Assembly: GCA_012295275.1 (NCBI GenBank)
Contig: CM022672.1
Location: 22,568,001-22,632,000, forward strand
Source of the DNA: Chrysomallon squamiferum
Taxonomy: Eukaryota > Animalia > Mollusca
DNA: 64,000 nucleotides
Reading direction: 5' to 3'
Shown: piece by piece, positions 1-42,690 of the stretch
How the letters are laid out: every line of letters starts with the position of its first letter
Position numbering within the stretch: the first letter of the stretch is position 1
The notes under the pieces: model-generated
Seen by the model: the letters and a program-made list of their open reading frames with translations, nothing else
What the model was told of the DNA's origin: nothing
Database searches by the model: none
Made by a program: the position numbers and the translations under genes

Positions 1-451
1 AAACCCTAGCAAATAGCGAAGTACATTAATTTTTAATTTAATAATAATAATAATAAAAAAAGACAATTACACATATATAACTTATAACTGAATTTTCTTT
101 ATTTGTTAATTATAAATAATTTGAAGATCTGTAATAATTATGTTCAAGCTGCATGCCATAATATATTAATTTTATTTTTAAAAACAACTTTAGGTATAAA
201 CATGAAACAGAATACAGTAAAATAATAAAAACACTGCATAACTTTCTTCAAAACAAATGTTAGATAATATGAACTACTATTATTAACAATATAATTTAAT
301 TTTGACAACTATAATAGAACTGAAACTAAATAAAGATGAAAACAAAAATATGAAGATTATAATTTTTAATAGGCTATTTGCTTTCTTTAAATTCATGAGT
401 AAATAAATAATATTTAAAATAAAGTAAAACAATAACAACAACAAATTAAAC

Positions 452-3400
452 CTCTTTCATAAGCCCACATCAATGCAGTCTGCTCCTCTTTCTTTTCACT
501 GCCGCCATTTTGATCACTGACAGAAGCCACAAGATTCATATCAGCACCACTTTCCAGCAGGAACTGAACAACTCTGATGTGACCATGGTAACAAGCACTA
601 TGAAGAGCTGAAAAGTGAAATAGTTAAATCACAATATATTGATAGACACTGGAACAATAACAGTCTTCATAACCAGTGGAAGGACGAAACTAGAGAGAAA
701 CCAAACTTTATTTCAGAGAATTTAATATAGACCTAATGATCTTAGATATTAGAAAGATATACAGTTTTCTTTTCATAATTTAAATATTTTGTCCAAAACA
801 ACAACCCAACAACCTCCAAATCAATGGCTATTTAATCACATCCCAAAAATACACACGCATCAAAATCAAACCCAAACAACACATAACTAAAAAAAAAAAA
901 ATAAAATAAAATAAAATAAAAAATAAAAAATAAAAAATGAATAAATAAAATAAAAACAAAAACAAAAACCATCAAAGCTATGTTAGCTGAAATGATCAGA
1001 AAACAGACATTTAGAACTGTTATTCAAAGTTACTATTATCTGTCTGTGTTTTAGAGTAAGTTCAGGTTTATACTTGCCTGTGTGCCCATCATTTCCCTGG
1101 TAGTTAATATTTACACTCGGCTGATCTAGAAGATATTTAACTAATTCTAAACTTCGGCCATTTGTACAAGCACTGCAAAATATGTCATATTTACCTTAAC
1201 TACTGGTGAATAATAACAATAATAACAACAACAACCAGAACAACAACAATAATAATAATGATAATAATGTATTTGTAAAACAAATAAATAAAATACACTT
1301 GAGCGAATATAAATCTTTAGACCTATGCCATAAAATTATTAGAAGGTACACAAGATAATGTTTTTAATTGTGTAACTTGCAACTTTCTGATAAATATTTC
1401 AGGTGAACAATGTTTTCCAGTTTATATTAATTCAGTAATGTTTAGGATGCAGTGTTATATACAAATGATCATTATTAAAACTTAATTACTAACTTCTTTA
1501 AGGCAGTAAATATCAAAAACCTACCCATAAAATATAAAAGTTATAAAAGATTATCAAGGCTTCTGATTAAACAATCATTATGTCTTGGTGCAGTGAGCAA
1601 GCATTATTTTCTAATACATAGACATATAGGCTAAGACTACTGTAACCTTTGTTTTAAAGCTATTTGTGACACGAGAAGATTGATCATGTGTATAAAAGAG
1701 TTAATTATAAGCTAATGTATCAAAATAAATAACTTAACCAACCTGTGTAATGGAGTTTCACTGAAAATGTTTTCTTTTGACAAACTGTCGGGTCCACAAG
1801 CTGAAACAAGTTGCTTAGCAACCTCAAATTTGGCATGGTAACAGGCTCTAGAATACAAGACACATGGATAATCAACCACCATGACCAGTGCATTTTAATA
1901 CGATAAAGGATAAAGTGAAATACAAATAATATAGAATTTATAATGCCTGACTGCAAACTATCTGCTAGAACAAGAAACTGTTAAGATATCAGTTTCTGAT
2001 CACACAAAAATCTTATTCAGCTGATAAAATTTATAAAATAACCATGCTGTGAATGTATTTACAATTTAATGTACTGGATTAGATCAAAAGTTCAGAGCAT
2101 TTTGTATAACATATGTATATTTTATTCAACCATGTGTGTACCATTTTGTTCTCCTGTCAGAATATGTATACAAGTCACACATTTCATTCACATATGAAAT
2201 GAAATCAAGCACTTGAAAGCCATCTATTGGTTGTTCCAACCCAAAATAGGTGTAACTCTTTAATTTTTTTTATCATTACATAAAACTAGTTAAATAGAAA
2301 TATTACAAGACTAAGAAATATAATAAATCAAAATAACATTTAACACATTATGGAAAATTATTTTGCAACTGCACATCTAGCAAACACTTAATGCAATTCA
2401 TATATTTCTGACTTTTAGATCAATGTTAAAAGATTTGATAAAATTAACTTTATTATATGAATGATTAAAAATAAATTTTTAGAGGAAAATATTTTCAGAT
2501 TTGAACTTACAGATGAAGAGGTGTGTCACCATATATGTTAGTAACATGGGGTCAGCTTTGTTTTCCAGGAGGTAAGTGTAAAACTGAGAGATGACCTGAT
2601 TTGCAGCAGAAGTGAATTGGGTAATGTTCTTCATCATCTTTGATGTTCACTTGAAAACAAACAAGAATAAATAAGTAAATAAGCAAGAAAATATTTTAAT
2701 GAGTAGTAATTACTTCACCAGTCATGCAAAAATATTTTAATTAATTCTTATAACCAACAAGCGTTAAATATTTAAGGTTAACTATACTGCTGTTGGATCT
2801 GGTTCTTTTCATGTAAAGTGGGCAGATCAGCATAAAATAAAATTTCTATAATTAATTTAATGATTCTTTTGCATAATAAAACAGAAAAGATTTTCATAAT
2901 TCTGAGTTAAAATAAAAGCAATTAATTATAACCAACATTAGAAAGAAATATGACGCAAACAAGAAAATTTGTCTTTATCATTATATTTTTTTTTTTTTTA
3001 AAGTTAATTATTAAAAAAAGAAGATAGGAACAACATACATTTTTGATCACATTAAAAATCACCCAAAAAACAACATTCTACAAAGAAACTGATAGATTCC
3101 AAAATAAATTTACAGTTCTTTAATTGCTTCTGTTCATTATCTTATAATCAGTGGAGTTTCATTAACAACAAACATATCAGTTTGGCTTTGTATGAAACAG
3201 AAGATGTAAAAACTGTTGTTTATTTCTGTACCATCAGCCTTCTGCTGTGAAGTGCCTTCCACTAACAACTGTGTGATCTTGAGGTAGCCTTTAGAACATG
3301 CCAGGTGTATGGGTCTGTCCCCCACGCCGCCACTGACACTTATATCAGCTCCATGAGATATCAGCAACTCAACCATCTGAAATTTTAAATTTTGTTTCAA

Positions 3401-6400
3401 ATAAGACAATAATAAACTGGCAGTTTAATGTTAAACTGTGGCTTTGTCAAAAATAAAATAAAAAATAAAATAAAATTAATAAATATCTTCAAAAAAAGAA
3501 AAAACAAGAAATAAATATCTTAAAAAAAAAGAAAGATAAAATAATATATTAAATTAAAAACATTCTATAACACAGACAGACACATATAAAGATTGATTAA
3601 ATGAGTTAAAAATTCAGTTTACTGTTTGAGTAGTATCTACACTTCCTTTATTTTTAACAGTATGCTGAATTTTATTTTTTAAATTAATAACTGTGTGCAC
3701 AAGATATTTTATCTTTTTCATTATCTTTTAATTAAATCAATAATATGACAATTGAATTTGGAAAAATAATAAATAAATATACATTAATAAATTTGTTTGC
3801 CAGATATACTGGTATCAGTGACTTGTTTTTACATTTCTAAAGAAAGGTAAAATTTTCATAGTAAGCCTATTTATTTCTTATTAAATAAACAATTTAATAA
3901 ATTCAGGAGATCACTACCTTTTCATGTCCAAAGTAACAGGCAATATGTAGTGGACTAAATCTAACAGCATCCTCCAGTTCAACAAAAGCACCATGATCCA
4001 GCAATATTTTACCTATCTGGAAATAATTTGATAAAAAAAATGAAATAAAATATGTAAATCATTACAAAATTCAAAGCACAATAATTTTCTTAATGATATG
4101 AATTTAAAAAACATCATCTTAGGATTTGTATTTCATTTTTTGTATTCATTTCAATGACCTTCTATTTGGATTTACATTTTATTATTTTTTTAAAATTAAT
4201 TTAAAGGTTTAAATGTAGCTGAAATGAAAGAAAAAAATATATATGTTCACATTTGTGGATTTGTATTTATATAAACTAACCTGATGTAACATTATAGGAA
4301 GCAAAAGCAAAAAAATAATAATAAAGGAACAAAAAATAAAAATACAAAAAAAAAAAACAGAATAAATTATAAAGTAAAAATATAAAGTAAAAATTAAATA
4401 AAGCCATTACCTCATGATGTCCACACATGGCAGCAATATGGAGAGGAGTAACATCGCTGTTTCCAGTCTGATTTATATCTGCATGACCTTCTACCAATGA
4501 TTCAGCAATTTCAATATCTCCCTGAATATACAGCCACAGAATTTAAAATCACAACTACAATCCAAATATATGTTTAATTTTATACCTTTTTTGCACTCAT
4601 GATAGATAACTAATATTTTTATTAATTGCTTTAAATCACAAATAAAATTAATAAAATAAAAAATAATAATAAATAAATAAAATTAATAAAATATATATAT
4701 ATATTTTCTTTTATGTTTCTATTATTAATTTATCATTATCTTTTTTTTAATGCAGGTAATAGATTTATTTATAATTTATGTCTGAATTTTACATTTTATT
4801 AATTACCGATGATCTTTATGTGAAGAATAAATGTGTGTGAGATCATTTGAAATGAAATATTCTATTTTCTCTACGAAATATTTATGTTTTTACTTTGTAA
4901 GTTGCTAGGTGTAAAGGAGAAAACTGGTTCTTTGAAAGAACTGTTGTCTTAGCTCCTTTTTCCAGCAACAATTTTACCAGAACTGGGCCAGCTGAAAATA
5001 TATGCATCTGTTTTAAAAATGGGCAATTTACAAATGTGACTTATATTAACAAAACAAAAAATATTTCTTTATACATTTATAGTTTCCAGATATTCTTTTT
5101 CATTTATTATTTCTGTTTTAAAGCAAATGGAATTATCTTTTGTTAACAATCAGAAACTTACTTTAAAGAACTTTTCAAAAAATTAAAAAATTAAAAAATT
5201 AAAATTAAAATGTTTTGTTAACAATCAGAAACACAATATTTTAATAAAAAAAAAAAACACACACTGCAAAACATGCTTATTAATAATATGTATTCTGTTT
5301 ATTTATTATTTCTGTTTTCAAGTATATTATTGTTAACAGGTCAGAAACAAGATGTTTAACTTTTCTTTAAAGATCTTTTCAAATATAATAATTTAGTAAT
5401 ATTCATCAAATCAAAGACTAAAAAACACTCACCTCCAGATATACAACAAATGTGAAGTAGAGTCAAACCAGTGTCTGTTTTATCATGAATGTTATTTTCT
5501 GTCAACAATTCCTGAACCAGAGCAATGTCTCCATGACTGAAATACAATTACCAGAATACTTAAAACTGTTATAAAATTTATAAAATCAAACTTAATTTTA
5601 ATACATTTTTATGATAAAAAAATATCTAGTATTAGTACTTTATGGCTAGATATCATATCATCAGAATCCATATCTCATAAGATTTTGTTTTTACATATGT
5701 TTATGTATATAAACATTTAATAAAAAGAACAGAACTGCAAAACAATTAAAAGTTTACACTGTTCATTGTTACTGTTAAATAAGACTGAATATCAGACCAT
5801 TCTTTATCTTCTTTTTCTTTTTCAGGGCTTTTCAAATAATTTGGCATCCTAATGGTTAAATTTTTATACTGGTGTTGGAATATTCATGTCAATGATTTAT
5901 GAAGGGAAGTCATAAGCATTTTAAAAATGAAGATTTTTCTTTTTTCACAGCACCAGTTCATCAGGTTGAGAATCACTTGAGTTATTAAACTGAATCTTTT
6001 TATCAAATGATCCAAACTTTCATTGCATTAAAATTACTGTTTATTTCCTGCAATGAAATCTGACCATTACTCTTTGGGACGCAGATTTGGCTTTATTCAT
6101 AAATGATTTTCTTTTTAGTTCATTTGAAAATTAACTGAATATTTTAGAAAAAGCAAAAATCAATTATTCAAAATGAGACTATTAATAAATAAAAAAATAT
6201 TTTAAAAAATGAATGAATTTTTAACAACTCCCCATCACGAGGTTTGATTCATTAAATTAAATGTTTTACACAAATTCAAAATGTTGCTTGAAATTTTTTT
6301 ATTTACAAAACATTTTATTTCCCTGATTGGAAATGTTCTGAAACATTAATATAGTGACAACTGTAAAATAATGAATATACTTATATAGTGATAACTGTAA

Positions 6401-6657
6401 AATATTTGTGAAAAAAAAAAATATATATATATATATATGTTGATGAAATATTTGTCTACATCAGCGGTTTGCAATAAGTATGTATATTATTATTATATCA
6501 ATATATGTGTAACCCAGCACTTCAGTGACAAAGATCAGAAGTGAAGAATTAAAAATAGATAAAAATTAAAAATATATAAACAAATAAAATGAATAATGTA
6601 TTTACACTTTTACGCACCTGAACATGAAATTGTGGGTCTTGATTTATAGTTGCCCAT
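452..6657 (-). CDS. TNNI3K: Serine/threonine-protein kinase TNNI3K-like, N-terminal ankyrin-repeat half (kinase exons lie beyond the window start); shows lesions
   Basis: Exons (minus): 6657-6618 ([13 protein letters not shown], matches the TNNI3K N-terminus), 5536-5433, 4991-4894, 4521-4411, 4016-3918, 3376-3232, 2649-2511, 1847-1743, 1172-1078, 607-452. Translations give ankyrin motifs ([70 protein letters not shown]...[12 protein letters not shown]). Phases agree except for a missing second coding exon, and exon 2649-2511 has an in-frame TGA. Confidence 0.93.
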
Positions 6658-7097
6658 ACTGGAAACCTCCAGTCTTCTATTTAATTTGCTTTCTATCCCT
6701 TACATTATGATTATATTATATATAGCTGTATTTCATGATGAATTCTGCTTTAGACCCGGTGGAAGATACACTATCAGATTCTGTCCAACCTAAAAAAGTT
6801 AAAAAAAAATATTATTACTACCCAATATTCACTATAAAAAATATTTGTAAATTGCTGGATTAGATAATCAGCCAAATATTCTAACTTTGGAGTTTGACAA
6901 TTCAGTTTATCAGTTTTTAGAGTTTATGTTCATAATGATTATGATAATCATACGTTCCATTAGGTTGAATAATTATTTATACTTATAGTATCTATACCAT
7001 ACTTTATTCATAATTTCATTCAAAATCATTAACAAAACCATATCGAATATTTCAAAAAAAAAGTGTATTAAATTTTATAAAAACGATATTTCACTAC

Positions 7098-7162
7098 CTC
7101 TTGTCAGCTTCCAAAAGAGATATGGGCGCCGACATATTGGTAGGCTGGTACTTCAGAGCAGC
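7098..7162. promoter_or_regulatory. Compact bidirectional promoter / first non-coding exons of TNNI3K and GTF2A2
   Basis: GC-richer patch (ATATGGGCGCCGACATAT) bounded by a minus-strand donor at 7097 (GAG|GTAGTG) and a plus-strand donor at 7163 (GC|GTAAGT). Matching acceptors precede exon starts at 6789 (minus) and 7413 (plus). Confidence 0.6.
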
Positions 7163-7414
7163 GTAAGTATTTTGTTTTCAGTCTATTTACGGAATTAACC
7201 GAAAATAATCCAAAGTGTAGTCTCTATAGTCTTCGTCGTTTCAACTGAATTATTCCAATAGAAAATTGTCAAAGGAAACAGTTACTTAACAAATTAGTAC
7301 GCTCTTGAGGTTTTGTGATCAATGCGCTGAGTACCAGTTAGTACATCCAAGAAAAATATATCAAAAACAATAATAAAGTATTTTCATCAATCATTTAATT
7401 TATTCGATGCAGAA

Positions 7415-9294
7415 ATGAGTTACCAGTTATATAGAAATACAACTTTAGGTCACACGCTACAGGAGAGTTTAGATGAATTAATTCAGGTATTATAAGCATA
7501 TAATTATAAAATATTTTTATAGCGACTTCGGAAATCGTTTTATACACATAATGATAATAATATTGACATAGAATTTTTATAAAATTTAAAATGGAATATG
7601 TTACATAATTGTAATTTTAATGCGTGTTTTATACACATAATTATAATAATCTAAAATTATACAATTCTATCACTATCAGGAATATTAAGGTATTTACTAA
7701 TTTAGAGGGATTAGATTGAATTAGGGATATGTCCAGATGTAAAATCTGCTAGTTCTAACATTAACAATAACACATACGTTATAACAGTGCAGTGACTGTC
7801 AATGTGATCATCAAACTGGGACTGTGAATGAGAATGATTAGTATTCCCATAACAGCCCCAAATTAAAGTGTCTAAGCGTCAAATACTGTGATTTGAGAGG
7901 CTGAATTAACAGTAAATTCGAATCTAGAGACTTTTTATTTCTATTAATAAGATGGTGAAATACATTATATTTTTCAGTGCAGTCAGATATCTCCACAATT
8001 GGCATTGAAAGTGTTACTTCAGTTTGATAAAGCTATCAACACAGCTCTAGCCAGCAGAGTGAAGTCAAAGATCTCTTTCAAAGTAACAAACAATATTTTA
8101 TTTTTTGTAATTGTCATAGATATGGTTTGAATCAAGTATTTTAGGCCTATGCCTATGGTCATAATTGATTATATTTATTTGTCCTGTATTATATTAAATT
8201 CAGTAACTATGTTCAAGTAAACCATAAATTATTTTATTTTGTAAATATGTATTTTATAACAATATATTGTTTTTCTTTAACAAATTATTAATTACTTGTA
8301 ATTATGCATATTTCTGTATGCCAATTTCTGTGTAGTTTATTTGTTAAATAATAATGTTTGCTTTATAATAGTTAATGTTAATACCAAAATAGGTGACCAA
8401 ACTACATACTTTTTATTAGAAATTGGTGACTATATTATATTAAGCGTGTTCATATTAGATCTTTGAAGACTATTTAACTGATCATAGCCATCTTAAGCAT
8501 ACATTTCTTTTGTTCAGATTCTCCATCTTGTTTTGTAAATATTAGTAACTGGAATTCTGAATTTAAAAGTATTTTTAATAATGATATTTTTAGGGTAGAC
8601 TGAACACATACAGATTCTGTGACAATGTTTGGACATTTGTTTTAAATGACGTAGAGTTTCGTGAACAGCCAGTGCAAGAGATTGCCAGAGTTCAAAAAGT
8701 TAAAATTGTTGCCTGTGATGGAAAAGGTTTGTAAAATGTTATTAAAATTTTTTTTTTTTTTTTTAAATTAGAAACTTAAATACACACACACACATAAACA
8801 AAAAAATGTACTGCACACAAACATACACACACATAGTGTGTTGAAGTTAAATGTTATTTATTTTGTGAAAGAAAATATTTTGTAAATTTTTATTAGCTCC
8901 TCAATTACAACTAGATGTAGATCTATAGATTTAATTAATTTTAATTTTATTTTATTTTTTGAATCTGTTAATAACAAAAACAGAAAGAAACAAAAACAAA
9001 ATTAATAATGATAAATAAATAAAAGGAGGGATAATAAAAACATAGAAACAATAGCTGTTCCAAAACATTAAAAAAAGAAATTGTAAAATTAACTTTATGA
9101 TGTTCTGAATAATTTGGACAAGAGATTAATAACAAAAAAAAAAAAAAAGAAATTAACAAAATTATAAATTATTTTTGTGTATGTAATTATGATAGCATTG
9201 CATAACAGATTTAACAAATCAGATATAAATATTTTATTACTTAAAAGTTTAACATAACTGTTTTGTGATTTCAGGAGATGCTAATACTAAGTGA
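7415..9294 (+). CDS. GTF2A2: Transcription initiation factor IIA gamma subunit (TFIIA-gamma), 109 aa
   Basis: Exons 7415-7486, 7978-8082, 8594-8726, 9275-9294, all GT-AG and in phase. Protein [24 protein letters not shown]...[11 protein letters not shown]...[20 protein letters not shown]...[15 protein letters not shown] is classic TFIIA-gamma. Confidence 0.98.
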
Positions 9295-12200
9295 AAAATC
9301 TGCTATAACGAGCATCTACATGAAAGATTTTCACTCAACAGATTTGTGTTCAGTGATGATTTTTTGTGGGTGTTATCAGACAGTGTATAAAATGTCAGAG
9401 AATGCTGAGTAACTGTTAATGACAAACTGAAAAGAAATATTCTATTGTATTTTAAAAGACATGAAAATGTTGAAATCTTTAAAACATATCAGTACTCTGT
9501 TGTCAAAATGACGAACAACCACTGATAACAGAAATCATCTTTAGTCATTAGGTATAATTTCATTTTGTACTTCTGTTTATAAAAACATAAAATTTACAAC
9601 TTGACTGCTTTTGAGATTTTGTTTTCTTTAAACCATATTAGTATATTATCAGTGCGCTATACAAACCATGACACAACCATTGATAATGAAAATAAAAAGA
9701 AATCTTCTTCTGTTATCTTTGATATAGTTTAATTTTGAGCATTATATTAAAATTTTACACCTTGTCAGGCTGTGAAGATATTCATCTTTAAATAGATAAT
9801 CAGTTCCTAAGTCTTAGACCGATTTTACAAACTAATCTTCAACAAAAAATAAAATAAAATAAAATAAATTAAAATAAAAACATAAATAACTAAAAAACAA
9901 CAGTAATGTAGTTGTATCATTAATATAACAATGTTGTTTTAACTATTAGCATTAGAAATTGAACAAATTTCACTGAACAATTTTATGTTTATCAGATAAC
10001 CTGAATTTTAATTAATAAGCAACACTGGAATGAAAATATATATGGACACTATATTTAAAAAAATATATTAGTAAAATTATCTGTATATCTAAAAACATTA
10101 GTACAATTATTTATATGTCTAAAATATAATAGTAAAATTATCTTCAATGTTGTACTTAAGTAATCGATTGTTTTTACAATACAAATGCTATTTGACTGGC
10201 TGTTGATACTATGAGAATTGCTTTTTGTTCACACAATGTTAAATATATATTTAAATTTAATCAAAAATACAAACAATATAATTCCCTAACATTTACAATT
10301 GTTATCCATAATTTTCTTAAAACAATGTTTTTAGATATTATTTGTGTTTAAATTTTCTGTTACTGATTATTAGACCTACTATTACACTTACAAAATATCT
10401 TGCTCTCATCTATTATTCATATTTAGACAAGCACATTTTTCCATTTATGTTTATGGTGAATACACCCACCCACATGCCTGAAGTATAATTATTCATGAGG
10501 TATTGTGTAAATGAAAAAAACAAAACAAAAAATCCCCAATAACAATCCAGATTAGTTTATAATCTTTCAAATATGGTTTATTAGTACAAAATTTTTACAC
10601 AAACTTCCTTTGCTTCTGCTAATGTTTAAAATTTAATAGGCCTCCTTCAGTAGTTTAACAGTTCATTACAGAAAAGTATTCATATTTTGAAAAATGGTTA
10701 AAAAAAACCTAAATGATATTTAAATTAAACAGCATTTGTATTATTTTAATATTGTTTTAACCATATCCAATGAAGGAGAATGTTGATAATAATCCTGAAC
10801 CAATTCATTTAATCCATTCTTTTATTATCTTTATGCCAGTTATCCCATCTATAACTTATCTATTCATTTCACATGCTTTGTCAAATTTTTCCAGTATATT
10901 TTCTTTTGATTTATTATTTGAAAAATCCAACTTCTTCCTTATATCTAACGTTAATTTACTATGAGACATATTTAATATTATCAACATGTTGTTCCTTAAC
11001 ATTTAGGGTATCTTTCATCAATCCAGTTTTCACCTTCATTGTGAAGTGAATAAGAATGATGAATTAAGTGACACTGATTATCACATCAGGATGTTTAATT
11101 CTGCTCTTCTTTTTTTTAATCTTGGTTCATTCACCTTTCAAACCCAGAAAAATGTAAGGAGTCTGACAACAAGTTCACATTTTAATCATATCACAAACTA
11201 TTTCTGTAAAATATTTTTCTAATCTCCCCACTTCTTAGAGATTCATTTTAGAAGAAAAAAATAATAATAATAATTAAAAAAAATAATAATAAACCCCACC
11301 CAACAAACAACAAATAACAATAAAATAAATTTCAATAAATTTTTTTTTTTTTTACCAGTCTTATATAATGAAATTAACAGAATTCATGCACTAGTATAAT
11401 ACAATGAAAATATTCCAACAGTATTTCAGTTGTAAAAGATACAAATACAGTCACAATTGTTTTATTTTTCCAGCATAAAGGTTTCACTTTTTTGTGTGTA
11501 TCTGTATAAACACACATAGATACAAATACACATACACACACACACACACACAAACAATTTCTTATTATTCATTCTTGTTTTGTCCTCTTCTTCTACCTTC
11601 TTGTTTCTTCTTACTCTTTTGTCTTCTGTTTGTTCTTATTATTCAGATATTTTGCTTCTTTATCTTCTGTTTCCTCATACTCATGGTGTATCTTATATTT
11701 AGATTATTATTATTACTTAAATGATTAATAGTTACGTTTTTCTTTATTATTTTTTTCCCCAAGTTTCTTACAATTCATCTTGTGTTTTCTCGTCCTTCAG
11801 TCATGTTTTATCTTCTGTTTATTATTATTATTTTAATGATTCTATCTTTTTTTTTTTTTTTTTTTTTTCTGCAACCTATCTTTTTTCTTACATTCATTCA
11901 TGCATTCCATTTTTAAATTATTATCATACGTTTTTCAAACATTTTTGCTATTTTTCATATTAATATTCTGTCTTCTTGTTTCTTCTTACTTTCTATATTT
12001 TTTTCTTTTGTCATCTGCTTTATTGATATTCTTTTATCTTCTTGTTGATTCACATCCTTAATTTTTCTTTTATTTATTAGATATTTTTAATTAAATATAT
12101 CTATTTTTAATATCTATTTATTTATTTTTAATCTGTATACTTTCCTTTGTGTTTCTTATTATTCTTGATTATTTTTATAATTTCTTTAACTGTTTATATA

Positions 12201-12449
12201 TATATATATATATATGTATATAAACACGCACGCACGCATTCACGTACGCACTACTTATGCGTTATAATAGTTTTATATGAATTTCAATTCGTTCCATGAT
12301 TATGATAATCTGAAAATATAAATTTAGTAACATATAATATAATATAATGTTTTTCAAGATTTAGATTAATTTTGGTATATTACCGCCAAAAAACCTAAAA
12401 GTAATAAAAAAAAAAAAAACAGCGAAACATTGCGAGGTATTCCGAGTGT

Positions 12450-12600
12450 AGCGGATTGGCCCGAACAGTTACGAAAGTTACCAGTTTGTTTTATAATATC
12501 AATGAATGTAAAGGGAATTCGCGAGAATTAACGAGAGTGTCAGCCAACATTGGATACGATGTCAACAACATGGCGTCTGCTACAAGGTGCGTTATGCAGT
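12450..12600 (+). promoter_or_regulatory. Putative promoter of the ARM-FN3 gene
   Basis: Local CpG enrichment just upstream of ATG 12671, with a reverse CCAAT (ATTGG, ~12455), a TCGCGA-core motif (TTCGCGAGA, 12518-12526) and a YY1-like AACATGGCG (12567-12575). Confidence 0.5.
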
Positions 12601-12670
12601 GATTCACACATTATGTCAGTGTTGTATAAACATTATGACTTGACGGTAATAAAATAAAACTATCTTCAAA

Positions 12671-41593
<28,923 letters not shown>

Positions 41594-42596
41594 CATTTAG
41601 CATACTCCACCAGGTCATCTGAGACAGAACCAAATATATGTCATTTTGGCCAATCATTGGCATTGTAACAACTGAGATGAGGGTTTTTTTCTTCTCCATG
41701 TATCACATCATTGGAGAGAACCAGATTTATATTCTTGATACAAAAAGAAAAAAAAAAGGCATTTCAGCATTTGCATGTTTCAACCAAGTAGATTATAAGA
41801 AAGAAATATTTTCCACATCTGAGATCTTTGAAGAGAGCTTTTTTTTTATTATTCTTGGCTGATCCTCAGTATTGTAGAATTTGGATTTCTCCAAGTCAGA
41901 TCATCTGAGACAGCAACAATCTTTAAAATTTGGCCAATCATAGGCATTATAGTATCAGAATTTCTCTACACCAATTAGATCATGTGAAACTGTCAGAGAT
42001 TCACTAGAAAAATAGTTTTAACTATGAAATTGATAATGCTTTTGTGGCTTTTACATCTTTCTATGTTTAACACCATTGCATTTTGACAATCTATCTCTAA
42101 AATCTTTGACATTATGATACTAATGATATGATATTGTTATAATTTTTATCTTTGGTATTATCATTGCTTTGTCAGCATTACCATCAATTTGTTTTTTATA
42201 AAGCCATCCATATTTTTAAAGCTTTTTTTAATTAATTTTTTTTACAACAACCCATTTACAAAACCTTTTCATGTTACCATTCCATTTTGAAAGAGTTTCA
42301 TATTATCTTACATTATTAAAACTTTAGTTATTAAAACTGTTTATTTAACCAGAAAATTATTTAATTTATTTGTGATCAATAAAATGTCACATGTTAAATG
42401 TGAAATAGCAGTAAAATATCAACTGAACTTATCCTGTCTAGAGATTCAAGTTGTTAAGTGTTGAGAATTATAACCTTTTTGAATAATTTTAAATTATTTT
42501 TATATAAAGGATATTAAATATGCTAGATATATTTTTAAATGTTATCTTCTACACATTATTTTACAAAACATTTAATTTTATATATATCTATATCTA

Positions 42597-42597
42597 T

Positions 42598-42685
<88 letters not shown>

Positions 42686-42690
42686 ATATC
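42597..42690. repeat. (TATC)n microsatellite
   Basis: Direct tandem run. Confidence 0.95.

Noticed and set aside
2552-2554. In-frame TGA as selenocysteine or readthrough in TNNI3K
   Set aside because: The flanking residues are out of the ankyrin frame; paired indels explain the stop better.
9353-9408. C/D-box snoRNA-like TGATGA...CTGA
   Set aside because: It lies in the GTF2A2 3' UTR, is very short, has a weak terminal stem and no recognisable guide.
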